Below, piece by piece: positions 22,495-32,448 of a DNA stretch of 64,000 nt. The stretch covers positions 64,001 to 128,000 of the forward strand of contig CAVUQO010000003.1 of the NCBI GenBank assembly GCA_963743635.1, written 5' to 3'. Positions within the stretch are counted from its first letter, which is position 1. Each line of letters begins with the position of its first letter. The notes beneath the pieces are model-generated. The model was given only the letters and a program-made list of their open reading frames with translations. It ran no database searches and was not told the origin of the DNA. The DNA comes from Candidatus Babeliales bacterium (lineage in GTDB: Bacteria > Babelota > Babeliae > Babelales > Vermiphilaceae). Made by a program: the position numbers and the translations under genes.

Positions 22495-25272
22495 ATGAAA
22501 AAAAGGAACATATTTATCGCGTGTGCACTTATGATTTCTGTGATGATGCATGTAAAAACCAACGAAGATGACATTTTTTGTTTAGAACCAGAGGAAGCAA
22601 TGACGAAATCAGTACATAAATATGTTTTAGATAATGGTATGACGATTCTTGTGCGTGTTGTGCGGACATTGCCAAAAGTCTCGATTCAGCTCTTTTATCA
22701 TGTTGGTTCTAAAGATGAAGGTACCGGCGAACGTGGCATTGCTCACTTTATTGAACATTTAATATTTAAGGGTACGAGTGGTAAGAAATCACTCAATCTT
22801 TCTGAATCTGATATTAACGTGCTCTCGCAAATTTTAGCGGCATATACCAATGCATTCACTTCTTATGATTACACCGGATATCTCTTTAACGTGCCAACCC
22901 ATAATTGGACTCAAGTGCTGCCTATTATGGCCGACTGTATGACCAACTGTGCATTCAAAGATGATCATATTAATTCAGAGATGAAAGCGGTCATTCAAGA
23001 ACTTAAGATGGGTAGAGATAATTATACGCGCGATCTGATGTTTGAAATGGTTGGTACCATTTTCGCAGATCATCCATATCATCATCCGGTTATTGGGTAT
23101 AAGCAAGATTTGTGGAGCATTGATAGCGAAGGATTGCGGGAGTTCTATAAGAAACACTATTTACCAAATAATGCTTTTCTTGTGGTAGTTGGCGACGTTG
23201 ATCCTGAAGCTGTGCGAGATGAAGCGAATAAGGCATTTGGTCACATTAAACCCGATCATAATTATAAAAAACAAACATTCTTCCATAGTAAAAATATCGC
23301 TTCAAAATCAATCACTCTTTATCGTGATATTCAGCAACCAGAAGTGCTTTTGGCATACGTAGTTCCCGGTGAAAATGCTAAGAAAAATGCAATTTTAGAT
23401 GTTATAAACTACGTGCTCTTTGCAGGCAAGAGTTCTCGATTGTATAAAAAATTAATCGATGATTCACAACTGGTGACGGGGCTTTCAGCGGGGAATTGGG
23501 CCCTTTTTGAGCATGGACTTTTCTTTGTTCAGTTTGATCCTAAAAATGTGGCTGATATCGATAAAATTACCAAAATCATTAATGATGAAATAGCATCAAT
23601 CATTAAAAATGGTATCACCGCTAAAGAATTAGAGAGCGCGACCAAAAAGGCTCGTATGAAATATTACGGACTTCTGGAGAACATACAGACTCAAGCATAC
23701 GATATCGGCAAATCATTCCTAGCAACGGGTGATGAAGAATACGTATTAAATTATCTTCAAGAACCATCTGAAGAGCTTGCGCAGGAAGTGCGTGAAATGT
23801 TGGCGCAATACTTTAGACCATCAGTGGTTCATAAAGGAGTGATATTGCCATTACCAGATGAAGAGCGCCAAGCCTGGACGCATATTCAGGAGTCATCAGA
23901 TATGGAAGATAAACGGATTCTGAGCGCGCGCGAGCGTACGTCTCCGGTTGAAGAACCGTCTTTTGCTAAAAAAATAGTGCCTGCTGAGCAAAAAGAATTC
24001 AATTATCCTAAACCTGAAACGTTTATGCTCAGCAATGGGGCAAAAGTTCTTTATCATCACACTGATACTACGCCTAAAATTAATCTGATTATCGATCTCA
24101 AAGCTGCCGATTATTATGATCCGGAAGATAAGCAGGGCCTCTTTGGGTTTGTATCACGCATGCTTACTGAGGGCACTAAGAAATATACTGGCGCAGAACT
24201 CGCGGAAGAGTTGGAATCGCGCGGAATGTCATTCTCGGCGCATCCTGGCGGAGTTATGATGAGCATGCTCTCAGAAGATCTTGAAAAAGGCTTAGAGTTG
24301 CTTGAAGAAATTTTGAATAACGCAACTTTCGATAAAGATGCGATTGAAAAAATTAGAGCGCAATTGCTTGCGGATGTGAAAAGCTTCTGGGATGATCCTA
24401 AAATGTTCGCAAAGCAATTAGTGCGCGAGCAGATCTATAAAGGTCATCCATATGCAAAAAATAGCCTTGGAACAAAAGAGTCTATTGAAAGCATTACGCG
24501 CGAAGATCTCGTTAATTTTTACAAGAAATACGTTCGCCCAGATGGTGCAAAAATTGCCATAGTTGGTGACATAAAAGGATATAATCTTAAAGATGTATTC
24601 AAACATACACTCGGCAAATGGCGCGGTGAGCCGGTGGAAGAAATGAAGTTCCCAGCGTTAAAGCCATGCGAACTTTCAGATTATAATTATCCGATTAACC
24701 GTGATCAGGTTGTACTCTCATTTGTGGGACTTTCAATTGATCGCAAGCATCCTGATTATGATAAGTGCGTACTCTTTGATCAGATCTTTAGCGGAAGATC
24801 ATTGATGTCTATGCATTCGCGTCTATTCCAGCTGCGTGAACAATCAGGTTTATTCTATTCAATTGGTGGTAGCGTCGTGGCTAATGCAAATGAGCAGCCG
24901 GGCATGGTGCAGATAACCACAATGGTATCTCTCGATCGACTCGCTGAAGCTGAAAAAGTGATTAAAGAAACGCTTGATACGGTGCTTGATACTATTCAAC
25001 CGTATGAACTGGATCAGGCGCGTAATGCGATTATCACTTCAATTATCAACAATTTTGAGTCTAACTTTAGCATTGCAAACACGTTCCTATTCTTGGAACG
25101 CTATGGATTTGATTACGATTATTTCGATAAACGTAACGCGCAATATAAAGCAATTAGCCTTGAAGAGATGAAGAAAGCAGTACAATCCATTTTGGATAAA
25201 GCTCCGCTTACCACCTTCCGCATCGGCCGTGTTGAGCAACTGAAGAAACAAAGAGTCCAAGAACAAGATTAA
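22495..25272 (+). CDS. M16 zinc peptidase paralog with putative signal peptide
   Basis: GIAHFIEHLIFKGT, NAFTSYDYT, SRLFQLREQSGLFY; N-terminal MKKRNIFIACALMISV. Confidence 0.92.
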   Translation: MKKRNIFIACALMISVMMHVKTNEDDIFCLEPEEAMTKSVHKYVLDNGMTILVRVVRTLPKVSIQLFYHVGSKDEGTGERGIAHFIEHLIFKGTSGKKSLNLSESDINVLSQILAAYTNAFTSYDYTGYLFNVPTHNWTQVLPIMADCMTNCAFKDDHINSEMKAVIQELKMGRDNYTRDLMFEMVGTIFADHPYHHPVIGYKQDLWSIDSEGLREFYKKHYLPNNAFLVVVGDVDPEAVRDEANKAFGHIKPDHNYKKQTFFHSKNIASKSITLYRDIQQPEVLLAYVVPGENAKKNAILDVINYVLFAGKSSRLYKKLIDDSQLVTGLSAGNWALFEHGLFFVQFDPKNVADIDKITKIINDEIASIIKNGITAKELESATKKARMKYYGLLENIQTQAYDIGKSFLATGDEEYVLNYLQEPSEELAQEVREMLAQYFRPSVVHKGVILPLPDEERQAWTHIQESSDMEDKRILSARERTSPVEEPSFAKKIVPAEQKEFNYPKPETFMLSNGAKVLYHHTDTTPKINLIIDLKAADYYDPEDKQGLFGFVSRMLTEGTKKYTGAELAEELESRGMSFSAHPGGVMMSMLSEDLEKGLELLEEILNNATFDKDAIEKIRAQLLADVKSFWDDPKMFAKQLVREQIYKGHPYAKNSLGTKESIESITREDLVNFYKKYVRPDGAKIAIVGDIKGYNLKDVFKHTLGKWRGEPVEEMKFPALKPCELSDYNYPINRDQVVLSFVGLSIDRKHPDYDKCVLFDQIFSGRSLMSMHSRLFQLREQSGLFYSIGGSVVANANEQPGMVQITTMVSLDRLAEAEKVIKETLDTVLDTIQPYELDQARNAIITSIINNFESNFSIANTFLFLERYGFDYDYFDKRNAQYKAISLEEMKKAVQSILDKAPLTTFRIGRVEQLKKQRVQEQD

Positions 25273-25300
25273 ATAGCCTCCTTACTACAAAGAACAAACA

Positions 25301-26005
25301 ATGATGAAATATGGATTAATGTTGAGCTTGATCGTGAGTACAAGTTTATCAGCGATGGAAGTACGTAAAGATCTTCAGGGTTTAACGTATGAACAACTCA
25401 AACAGCGAGAACGAGAGAACGAAGGGCGAGAAAGAGTGTTTCAGCGAAAATATGCTCATGATGCATGGCGTTATGATGATAATATTAAGAAAGAAAGAGA
25501 TGCTATTTATAATGAGGGGCGTGCATTAAGAACTGCAATTATGATGGGCGGAGTTATACCCCGAGAGCTCATTAAACCACATAGTGCTGCCAAGAATCAA
25601 CCGGTTGTGAATGATTTTGATGGCGATGATGAGGATATTATATTTACTCAAAAACCTCCATTAAAGCGATCTCCTAGTTTTCTTGAGGACAATGATAAGG
25701 CAGCTGATAAAACAGTAGAATCCAACTCAAAGACGGTGGCTAAGGCATTAACTTTTGAAGAGATTTTTAACGCCAACAGTGTACAAAAACCAAAAAAAAT
25801 AAAAATTGCAGATCAGGATGAAGATAGTTTGAAATCGAAAGTAGCTGCTTTGCAGGCCAAGCAAGATGAACTTCTTTCTTTAAGCACTCAAGACAAGAAT
25901 GAGTTAGCGCAAATGGCAGATCGATTAGATGCAATTGGAGATGAGTTATACGCGCTTCAAGAGCAATTAAAAGCATTGCGTAACAATGTAAATTCAAGAT
26001 TATAA
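25301..26005 (+). CDS. Secreted hypothetical coiled-coil protein
   Basis: Signal peptide MMKYGLMLSLIVSTSLSA|ME; heptad-rich C-terminus. Confidence 0.7.
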   Translation: MMKYGLMLSLIVSTSLSAMEVRKDLQGLTYEQLKQRERENEGRERVFQRKYAHDAWRYDDNIKKERDAIYNEGRALRTAIMMGGVIPRELIKPHSAAKNQPVVNDFDGDDEDIIFTQKPPLKRSPSFLEDNDKAADKTVESNSKTVAKALTFEEIFNANSVQKPKKIKIADQDEDSLKSKVAALQAKQDELLSLSTQDKNELAQMADRLDAIGDELYALQEQLKALRNNVNSRL

Positions 26006-26016
26006 AGGGACGTAAA

Positions 26017-26307
26017 ATGGTTAAATATGGGATGATACTGGGCTTGATTATAAGCTCAGTGCTTTGTTTTGCCGCTGATAAACCAAAATGCGATACTTGC
26101 AAATTACATAGAACAGGGACAAATGAGAACGATAATTCTAAGAGGGAAGAGGCTCTATTCTCAGCTCTATCAGATGTTAAAACCAAGCTAAGCAATACTA
26201 CGGATGCGAATGAGCAGAAAAAACTTAAACAGGGGCAAGAAAAGCTTAAGATTCAGCTGGGCCAACTGCTATTGCAATCTTTAGATGAACATGAGGACGC
26301 AAAATAA
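26017..26307 (+). CDS. Small secreted hypothetical protein
   Basis: Signal peptide MVKYGMILGLIISSVLCFA; SD AAGGGA; operon spacing. Confidence 0.65.
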   Translation: MVKYGMILGLIISSVLCFAADKPKCDTCKLHRTGTNENDNSKREEALFSALSDVKTKLSNTTDANEQKKLKQGQEKLKIQLGQLLLQSLDEHEDAK

Positions 26308-26864
26308 TGATGAAATATCTAGTAACTGCAAGCATAATGAGCTCAAGCATATTAGTTGCAGGCATACCCAATAATCTTTTATCTATGGCGTCAGCATTGC
26401 GTGCAGTTGCGGCATCTCGGAACTCAGTTCGAGCGTACAGCGCCAATCCAGAAAGAACTATAGATAGTCTCTTGCAGCAAGAAAACATGATTGTGCATGA
26501 AATAAATAAGCTTGAAAAAATGATGGGATATTGGATGGATCGGGAGATCGGGGAGCAATGCCTTAACCCTGGTAAATCATACTCCTATGAAATAAAAGTT
26601 TGTGCAGAAAAGAGAGAAAATCTACGTAAAAAACATGATTCAGTGACAAAAAAAATCTCCAAGAAAATTGAAGAAATGTATGACCAAAAAGATGAAGAAA
26701 GCCATTTACTGAAAAATCTTGGAGTATTAGATAGTCAATATCAGGTTGCTTGTCGAGAAGAGGATGACGGGTTTGATTTTACAAGATTTGACATTGAACG
26801 CAGAATTTTGTGTGAGAAAATCGATGCGTTAAAAAAAGAAAGATATTCAAACCCTCGTGGTTAA
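26307..26864 (+). CDS. Secreted hypothetical coiled-coil protein
   Basis: MMKYLVTASIMSSSILVA N-terminus; start overlaps the previous stop. Confidence 0.65.
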   Translation: MMKYLVTASIMSSSILVAGIPNNLLSMASALRAVAASRNSVRAYSANPERTIDSLLQQENMIVHEINKLEKMMGYWMDREIGEQCLNPGKSYSYEIKVCAEKRENLRKKHDSVTKKISKKIEEMYDQKDEESHLLKNLGVLDSQYQVACREEDDGFDFTRFDIERRILCEKIDALKKERYSNPRG

Positions 26865-27766
26865 ATCAACTGCTTTAACGAATTCGCTGATTTTTCCAAT
26901 AACTTCTTTTCCTCATCATTCAATTTAATATCAATGCGACGTTCGACGCCACGCCTTCCCAACACCACCGGCATATTCAGGCATAGTTTGAATTCTTCGA
27001 TGTAGGTCGAGACCGGCACAATCAAATGCTGATTAAATAACACACACTCGCAGAGAGCCGCTACGCAGGCAGCAACGCCAAAGAACGTAGCGCCTTTGCA
27101 TTTAATGATCTCATATGCTTTGTTTTTGGTTTGTTCTGCCATGTCATCAAGATCTTTTTTATTGATCCCTGGATATTCAAGGAGTGGCACGCAACCAACA
27201 TAGGCGCACGACCATGCAGGAAATTGCGTATCGCCATGCTCGCCCAAGATATATGTGCTGATCGATCGTTCTGAGATGGTTAGCTTGTTTGCGAGAGTTA
27301 CATTTATGCGTTGCGAATCGAGCATGGTGCCAGAGCCTATGATTTGGGTGCGCGGAATATTTGCAATGTTTTGCGCAAGAAGGGTCATGATATCAACGGG
27401 ATTGGTAACCATGATGATAATGGTTTCAGGATTGAGAGGCGTAATCGATTTCATAACCGAGCTAATAATCCCGCGATTTTTGGCAACCAATTCGGTGCGC
27501 GTTTGATCCGGTTTTTGTGCGACGCCCGCTGCGATAATAATAATATCTGCATCTTTGGTATCATCCACTGAACCAATACGAATATCTGAAGAACTATGAA
27601 ATGAGAGTGCATCTGAAAGATCGAGCACCTCTCCCGAGCAACGCACTTCATCGATATCGATTAACACAATTTCGGCTGCAATATTTTTAAGTAAGATAGC
27701 ATAGGCTGTTGTTGCTCCAACGGAACCGGCGCCAATAATAGCTATTTTTGAAGATTTCATAATCAT
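26861..27766 (-). CDS. ldh: L-lactate dehydrogenase (LDH/MDH family)
   Basis: IIGAGSVG, AGVAQKPDQTR (Gln suggests LDH), VTNPVD, GTMLDSQR, ILGEHGD. Confidence 0.9.
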   Translation of the reverse strand: MIMKSSKIAIIGAGSVGATTAYAILLKNIAAEIVLIDIDEVRCSGEVLDLSDALSFHSSSDIRIGSVDDTKDADIIIIAAGVAQKPDQTRTELVAKNRGIISSVMKSITPLNPETIIIMVTNPVDIMTLLAQNIANIPRTQIIGSGTMLDSQRINVTLANKLTISERSISTYILGEHGDTQFPAWSCAYVGCVPLLEYPGINKKDLDDMAEQTKNKAYEIIKCKGATFFGVAACVAALCECVLFNQHLIVPVSTYIEEFKLCLNMPVVLGRRGVERRIDIKLNDEEKKLLEKSANSLKQLI

Positions 27767-27964
27767 CCTTTTTTGACTTTATTCAACATTTAATAGTTTT
27801 TAACAATTTTTTATAAATTTTTAATACAATTCTATTGTTATCACAAAAAAATACCTTACAATAATCATATTATTGAGATCAAATGCTAATCTTTGAAAAT
27901 TCTTAATAAAAGCAGATTTATAAAAGAGATATAGAAACTATTAATCCTAATAAGGAGGCTACCC

Positions 27965-28039
27965 ATGGCAGATAAAAAGAAAAAACCAGCAGCTAAACCA
28001 GCAGCTAAAAAAGATGACAAAAACAAGAAGAAGAAATAG
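27965..28039 (+). CDS. 24-aa Lys-rich peptide MADKKKKPAAKPAAKKDDKNKKKK, copy 1
   Basis: SD AGGAGG upstream; same peptide as copy 2 with only synonymous differences. Confidence 0.8.
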   Translation: MADKKKKPAAKPAAKKDDKNKKKK

Positions 28040-28073
28040 TCAGACATAACCAATTATTGCTAGGAGGATTCCC

Positions 28074-28148
28074 ATGGCAGATAAGAAGAAAAAGCCAGCA
28101 GCTAAACCAGCGGCTAAAAAAGACGACAAAAACAAAAAGAAGAAGTAA
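28074..28148 (+). CDS. 24-aa Lys-rich peptide MADKKKKPAAKPAAKKDDKNKKKK, copy 2
   Basis: SD AGGAGG upstream; terminator downstream. Confidence 0.8.
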   Translation: MADKKKKPAAKPAAKKDDKNKKKK

Positions 28149-28210
28149 ATTCAGCCTTCGTTTATCCAGGCCTTCTGGCTTGGCAAACTACGGCGTGACT
28201 TAATTTTTTT

Positions 28211-28247
28211 AAAATACGGGCGGCATAAAAACTGCCCGTATTTTTTT
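28211..28247 (+). terminator. Intrinsic terminator after the twin peptide genes
   Basis: aaaatacgggcgg-loop-ctgcccgtattttttt. Confidence 0.8.
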
Positions 28248-28264
28248 AACCATTAAAAATCTAT

Positions 28265-29086
28265 ATGAACATCACCAAGCAAAAATTATTATCATTCCGA
28301 GATTTTATCTGGGCCTTCTATGAAAAAGAAGGAAGAAGATTTGAGTGGCGCAATGTAGATAATCCATACTACGTTCTAGTATCGGAAATCATGCTCCAAC
28401 AAACCCAGACCTATCGGGTTGAGCCCAAATATCAGGCATTTATAGCAGAGTTTCCTAATTTTGAAGCACTTGCGCAGGCATCATTGCGCGATGTGCTCGG
28501 CATGTGGCAGGGGTTGGGGTATAATCGACGTGGAAAATTTCTACATCAAACCGCTCAACGCGTGGTGCAAGAGTATGCGGGAAATCTACCCGATGACCCT
28601 GAACTGCTTGTCACTTTCCCCGGCATTGGAAAAAACACCGCCGGATCTGTTACCGCATTTGCATTCAATAAGCCGACCGTTTTTATTGAGACCAATATTC
28701 GCACGGTTTTTATTCATTCATTTTTTAAAAATCAAGAATCGGTCCACGATAATCTCATCTTACCGCTTGTAGAGCAAACGGTTGATCAGGATAATCCGCG
28801 CGAATGGTATTACGCGCTCATGGATTATGGCGTGCATCTTAAAAAATCGATGCCCAACCCAAGCCGCCGCAGCAAGCATCACGTTATACAATCTAAATTT
28901 GAAGGCTCAGATCGACAAATTCGCGGCGCAATCATTCGTGCGCTCGTCGAGCGTCCCTCGCTCTCTGAATCAGAATTGAGCATTATCTGCAAGAATGATG
29001 CACGGGTATCCAACATCATCCAGGAACTGGAGCAAGAGCAATTGATCGAACGTAAAAATGATATGTTTTGCATTCGCAATGCATGA
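28265..29086 (+). CDS. mutY: A/G-specific adenine glycosylase, short MutY-like form without Fe-S cysteines
   Basis: VSEIMLQQTQ, WQGLGYNRR, HhH FPGIGKNTA, ALMDYG. Confidence 0.85.
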   Translation: MNITKQKLLSFRDFIWAFYEKEGRRFEWRNVDNPYYVLVSEIMLQQTQTYRVEPKYQAFIAEFPNFEALAQASLRDVLGMWQGLGYNRRGKFLHQTAQRVVQEYAGNLPDDPELLVTFPGIGKNTAGSVTAFAFNKPTVFIETNIRTVFIHSFFKNQESVHDNLILPLVEQTVDQDNPREWYYALMDYGVHLKKSMPNPSRRSKHHVIQSKFEGSDRQIRGAIIRALVERPSLSESELSIICKNDARVSNIIQELEQEQLIERKNDMFCIRNA

Positions 29087-29151
29087 AAAAATGCGCCGAT
29101 TTTACTCAGCGCATTTTCATTTTCTTAGATATAAAACAAGAGCTTCTTGTT

Positions 29152-30018
29152 TTACACGCCCCGATAAAGGGTCATTCTATAATTGTGATTCAGTTGGTCT
29201 AACAATGTTTTGTTTTTGGTGTTGCGGTATTGAACGCATGCTTGGTATAAAAGGTAAGTAGACATTTGGCTAGCGGTTGAGGGATCAAGATGTGAGAATC
29301 TTTGTGCTATTAATGTTGCTATATTTGCGCGTGTACATTGCAATTGGGCGCTTTTTAATCGTGCCAATTGCGCATCTAGCCGCGCATCGGATATTGGCCC
29401 TGAAGAAGAAAAGACTATATTTTTTTTAGCGTATTTTCTGTAGGCATCGATAAATTCAGATCTAATTTCATCAGGTGTACTACTATCACGGTGAGAGGCT
29501 GCAACAACAGTTTGTACCAAAAGAACATCCACAGCTCTCCCTTTTAGGTCGGACACTTCTTCTATACGATTAGGCCAATTCCCCTTTGCTCGTTCTTGTA
29601 TATAAAAATCCCGCGTTTCGATTTTTTTACGGTCTTTATCATCTATGTCAAAGTGTCCAGATATTCCTTCGCAAGGATCACTGCAATGATATATCATAGG
29701 CATTGTATATACCGTTTTACCGATTTTATAAACCCTTAATTTGCCGAAATCATCCGTATAATTTACATCCGCCAAGCTACCTACAATCTGTTGCATATCG
29801 CCTTCAAATGCTGCTTGTACTTGTTGAGTTAAATCGGCTTTATTTTGCGCGATTTGGGCGGCTAGCTGGGCTGCATGTGTCTCAAAAGGCGACGACTCGG
29901 CATGGGGCGATCGCACGACGGAACAATCTTCCTCGTCAGTTCTAAATGCACTCATGGCCTGCGTGTTGACTGCACCAGCTAAGAGATATGCTATCGCAAA
30001 GTATTTGATAGATTTCAT
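29152..30018 (-). CDS. Secreted hypothetical protein
   Basis: Signal peptide ...AVNTQA|MS; SD AAGGA. Confidence 0.7.
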   Translation of the reverse strand: MKSIKYFAIAYLLAGAVNTQAMSAFRTDEEDCSVVRSPHAESSPFETHAAQLAAQIAQNKADLTQQVQAAFEGDMQQIVGSLADVNYTDDFGKLRVYKIGKTVYTMPMIYHCSDPCEGISGHFDIDDKDRKKIETRDFYIQERAKGNWPNRIEEVSDLKGRAVDVLLVQTVVAASHRDSSTPDEIRSEFIDAYRKYAKKNIVFSSSGPISDARLDAQLARLKSAQLQCTRANIATLIAQRFSHLDPSTASQMSTYLLYQACVQYRNTKNKTLLDQLNHNYRMTLYRGV

Positions 30019-30235
30019 CTGAAATCCTTTCGTAATAATTGGTTATATGTACTTACTGTGTTATGCATACACGGTTATCTATTATACCAAAGCGCATAAA
30101 AAACTATAGTTAAAAGTAAGTTTTATACAAATGATCACTGTAAGCAAAATGCAAAGCGATCGTTTTGTTTTGTTATTTCAAGCGGGTGGTATAATTTGAT
30201 TCATTTGAATACGTATATTATTAGAAGGACATTCA

Positions 30236-31058
30236 ATGAATATAATACGGCCGGCTATCTTTTGCGTGATAATGAGTATCTCTTTTTTCTGCGCACGCCA
30301 TTTCTTTAAAAGTAGCATCTTCTCTGACTTTAGTGAGTGCTGCCATTTCGGCTTCTACATCATATGCCGCTATTCAAAAATGTGGCGTCTACATTAGTCC
30401 TGAGATGACGGAAACGATGCACGTAGCTCTTGCCGCGGGATCGACGAGTGCTAACGCTGCAGGAACTTTTTGGTGGTTATATAAAAAGACGCCGCAAGGG
30501 CGTATGCGTGATGCAGGCAAAGAGCTTGATCGCATAAGCTCAGTTCTCTCATTAGATTCGATCAAAAAGGCTGATATGCCAGTAGCTGATTTTGAAGCTG
30601 AGGTATTGAAGCGCGCAGAGCGCGCAAATGCGCGAGATCCATTTCCTGTAGTGAAAACAGCGAGGGATTTAGAAGAATATGATAAACGTGTGATGAAGGT
30701 AGGAGTGCTCTTGCAAAAAGCCCATGCAGATATTTGGCCCCTCGATGATGTATTATTGGAGCGCCATGCACAGGTAAGTGGGCGAGCGGATGAAGTAGGA
30801 AATATTGTTAAAGATATGTTGGTGAAGATTAAAAGTACGCCAGAATATGCCAAGCATTTGAAATATCATAATGAAAAGCATGCTCAGGATAATCAGGCAG
30901 ACGCGCAGCATCAACAAGCAACTGCCCAAAAACGGATGGTATGGGTGGGTGTAGCGAACGCTGCCGTTAATGCAGTGTCTGCTACCGCGCAGGGGGCTAT
31001 TGCCGTTGCAAAATTGGCTAAATCGGCGATTGATCCATTCAATCCTTTTAAGAGATAA
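30236..31058 (+). CDS. Secreted hypothetical protein; one extra T in a T-run at 30283-30288 separates the signal peptide from the body
   Basis: ATG 30236 has SD GAAGGA. Removing one T gives MNIIRPAIFCVIMSISFSAHA|ISLKV, in frame with ORF 30333-31058. Confidence 0.6.
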
Positions 31059-31135
31059 ATCCCTTTAAACAGGCGTTTTCTCTCCTAAAAATACCCTTTC
31101 TTGCTATTTGTAATTCCTTACGGTAAGATGAAAGT

Positions 31136-31294
31136 ATGAATATTAAAAAAAATACCACTCAAAACTCAGTAGCGGGCATCGATTTCGGTGCTATGGTTAT
31201 TACCTCTAACCCGGTAAATAGCCAGAGTTGCGCTCTTTCTTATGTAAACTTTTCTTACTTTTACTTTATCTGCCGAGGGTCGCAGTATGCCTAA
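31136..31294 (+). CDS. Putative Tyr/Phe-rich attenuator leader peptide (alternative start 31193)
   Basis: 52-aa ORF ending ...SYVNFSYFYFICRGSQYA*, immediately before terminator/antiterminator elements. Confidence 0.65.
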   Translation: MNIKKNTTQNSVAGIDFGAMVITSNPVNSQSCALSYVNFSYFYFICRGSQYA

Positions 31295-31364
31295 GCTATA
31301 AAGTAAAAATTATAGGCAAAAATTGCGAAAACCTCAGTTCTAAAAAACTGGGGTTTTTTGTTTT
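31275..31364 (+). promoter_or_regulatory. Transcription attenuator (antiterminator and terminator)
   Basis: Terminator aaaacctcagtt/aactggggtttt plus T tract. GAGGGTCGCA (31275-31284) can pair with TGCGA..CCTC (31324-31335), which overlaps the terminator 5' arm. Confidence 0.75.
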
Positions 31365-31440
31365 ATATCATCAAGTGTCAGTGTATTATGATCTATGAAT
31401 ATAATCGAAGCTAAAATCACATATTAATAAAGGAATTTAT

Positions 31441-32421
31441 ATGAAGAAACAATTAATAATTATCGGGATGTTGGGTATATGTGCCGTTGGATTCGTGGCG
31501 CTCAAGCGAATGCAAACACCAGCAATTGCAGCTACCTACACCATCGGCATACTCCAAACTGCTTCGCATCCGGCGCTTGATGCAACGCGTGAAGGGTTTA
31601 TGGAGGAGCTTAAAAGTAAAATGGGAGACGACGTTGCGTTTGTGGAGCAAAATGCGCAGGGCTCAATTACGAGCGTGCATACCATAGCGCAACAATTTCA
31701 TGCGAAAAAACAATATGCTGCATTCTTTGCCATTGCGAGTCCTGCAGCCCAGGCGCTGCACGCGATCGAAAAAGAACGGCCAATAATTATCGCCGCAGTC
31801 AGTGATCCTAATGCTATAGGATTGGTGTATCCAAGAAACAATGTGTGCGGTACGAAAGATATGATTGATGTAAGGGCTGGTGTCGAGCTCTTGACGCAGT
31901 TAGTGCCTAAAGCAAAAACAATTGGTCTTTTATATGCATCAGGTGAAACGAATTCAATAGTTTTGATTAAGGATATGCATAAAGAACTTGAGGCCCGTGG
32001 TCTGAAGGCGATTGATTTTAGCATGAGTAGCGAAGCAGATATTCAGGCAATGGTGGAATCAGCGTGTCATAAAGTTGATGCGCTGCTTGCGCCAACTGAT
32101 AATATGATCGGATCGGCGATCGCTATAATTGCTACGATAGCACTGAAACATAACACACCGCTCATTGTGAGTGATAATATGCTTGTTAAAGATGGTGCGC
32201 TTGCCGCTCAAGGCGTTGACTATAAGGCCGGTGGTAAACAGTCTGCGCAGATTGCGTATGAAATTCTTGTTGGTGGGAAAAAACCATATGAGTTGCCCAT
32301 TGAGCAGATACAAGGCGGTCAAATATTTATTAATAAAAAAACTTTAGATACGCTGGGATTATCTATTCCAGAATCGTTAAAAGATCATATTGTTTTGCTT
32401 CATTCGCAAAAAGATGTTTAA
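31441..32421 (+). CDS. ABC transporter substrate-binding protein (COG2984/TrpX-like, aromatic amino acid)
   Basis: ILQTASHPALD, QNAQG, AAVSDP, PTDN and GVDY motifs. Confidence 0.88.
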   Translation: MKKQLIIIGMLGICAVGFVALKRMQTPAIAATYTIGILQTASHPALDATREGFMEELKSKMGDDVAFVEQNAQGSITSVHTIAQQFHAKKQYAAFFAIASPAAQALHAIEKERPIIIAAVSDPNAIGLVYPRNNVCGTKDMIDVRAGVELLTQLVPKAKTIGLLYASGETNSIVLIKDMHKELEARGLKAIDFSMSSEADIQAMVESACHKVDALLAPTDNMIGSAIAIIATIALKHNTPLIVSDNMLVKDGALAAQGVDYKAGGKQSAQIAYEILVGGKKPYELPIEQIQGGQIFINKKTLDTLGLSIPESLKDHIVLLHSQKDV

Positions 32422-32448
32422 TTTAATTTTAATGTAGTCGAATAGAAA

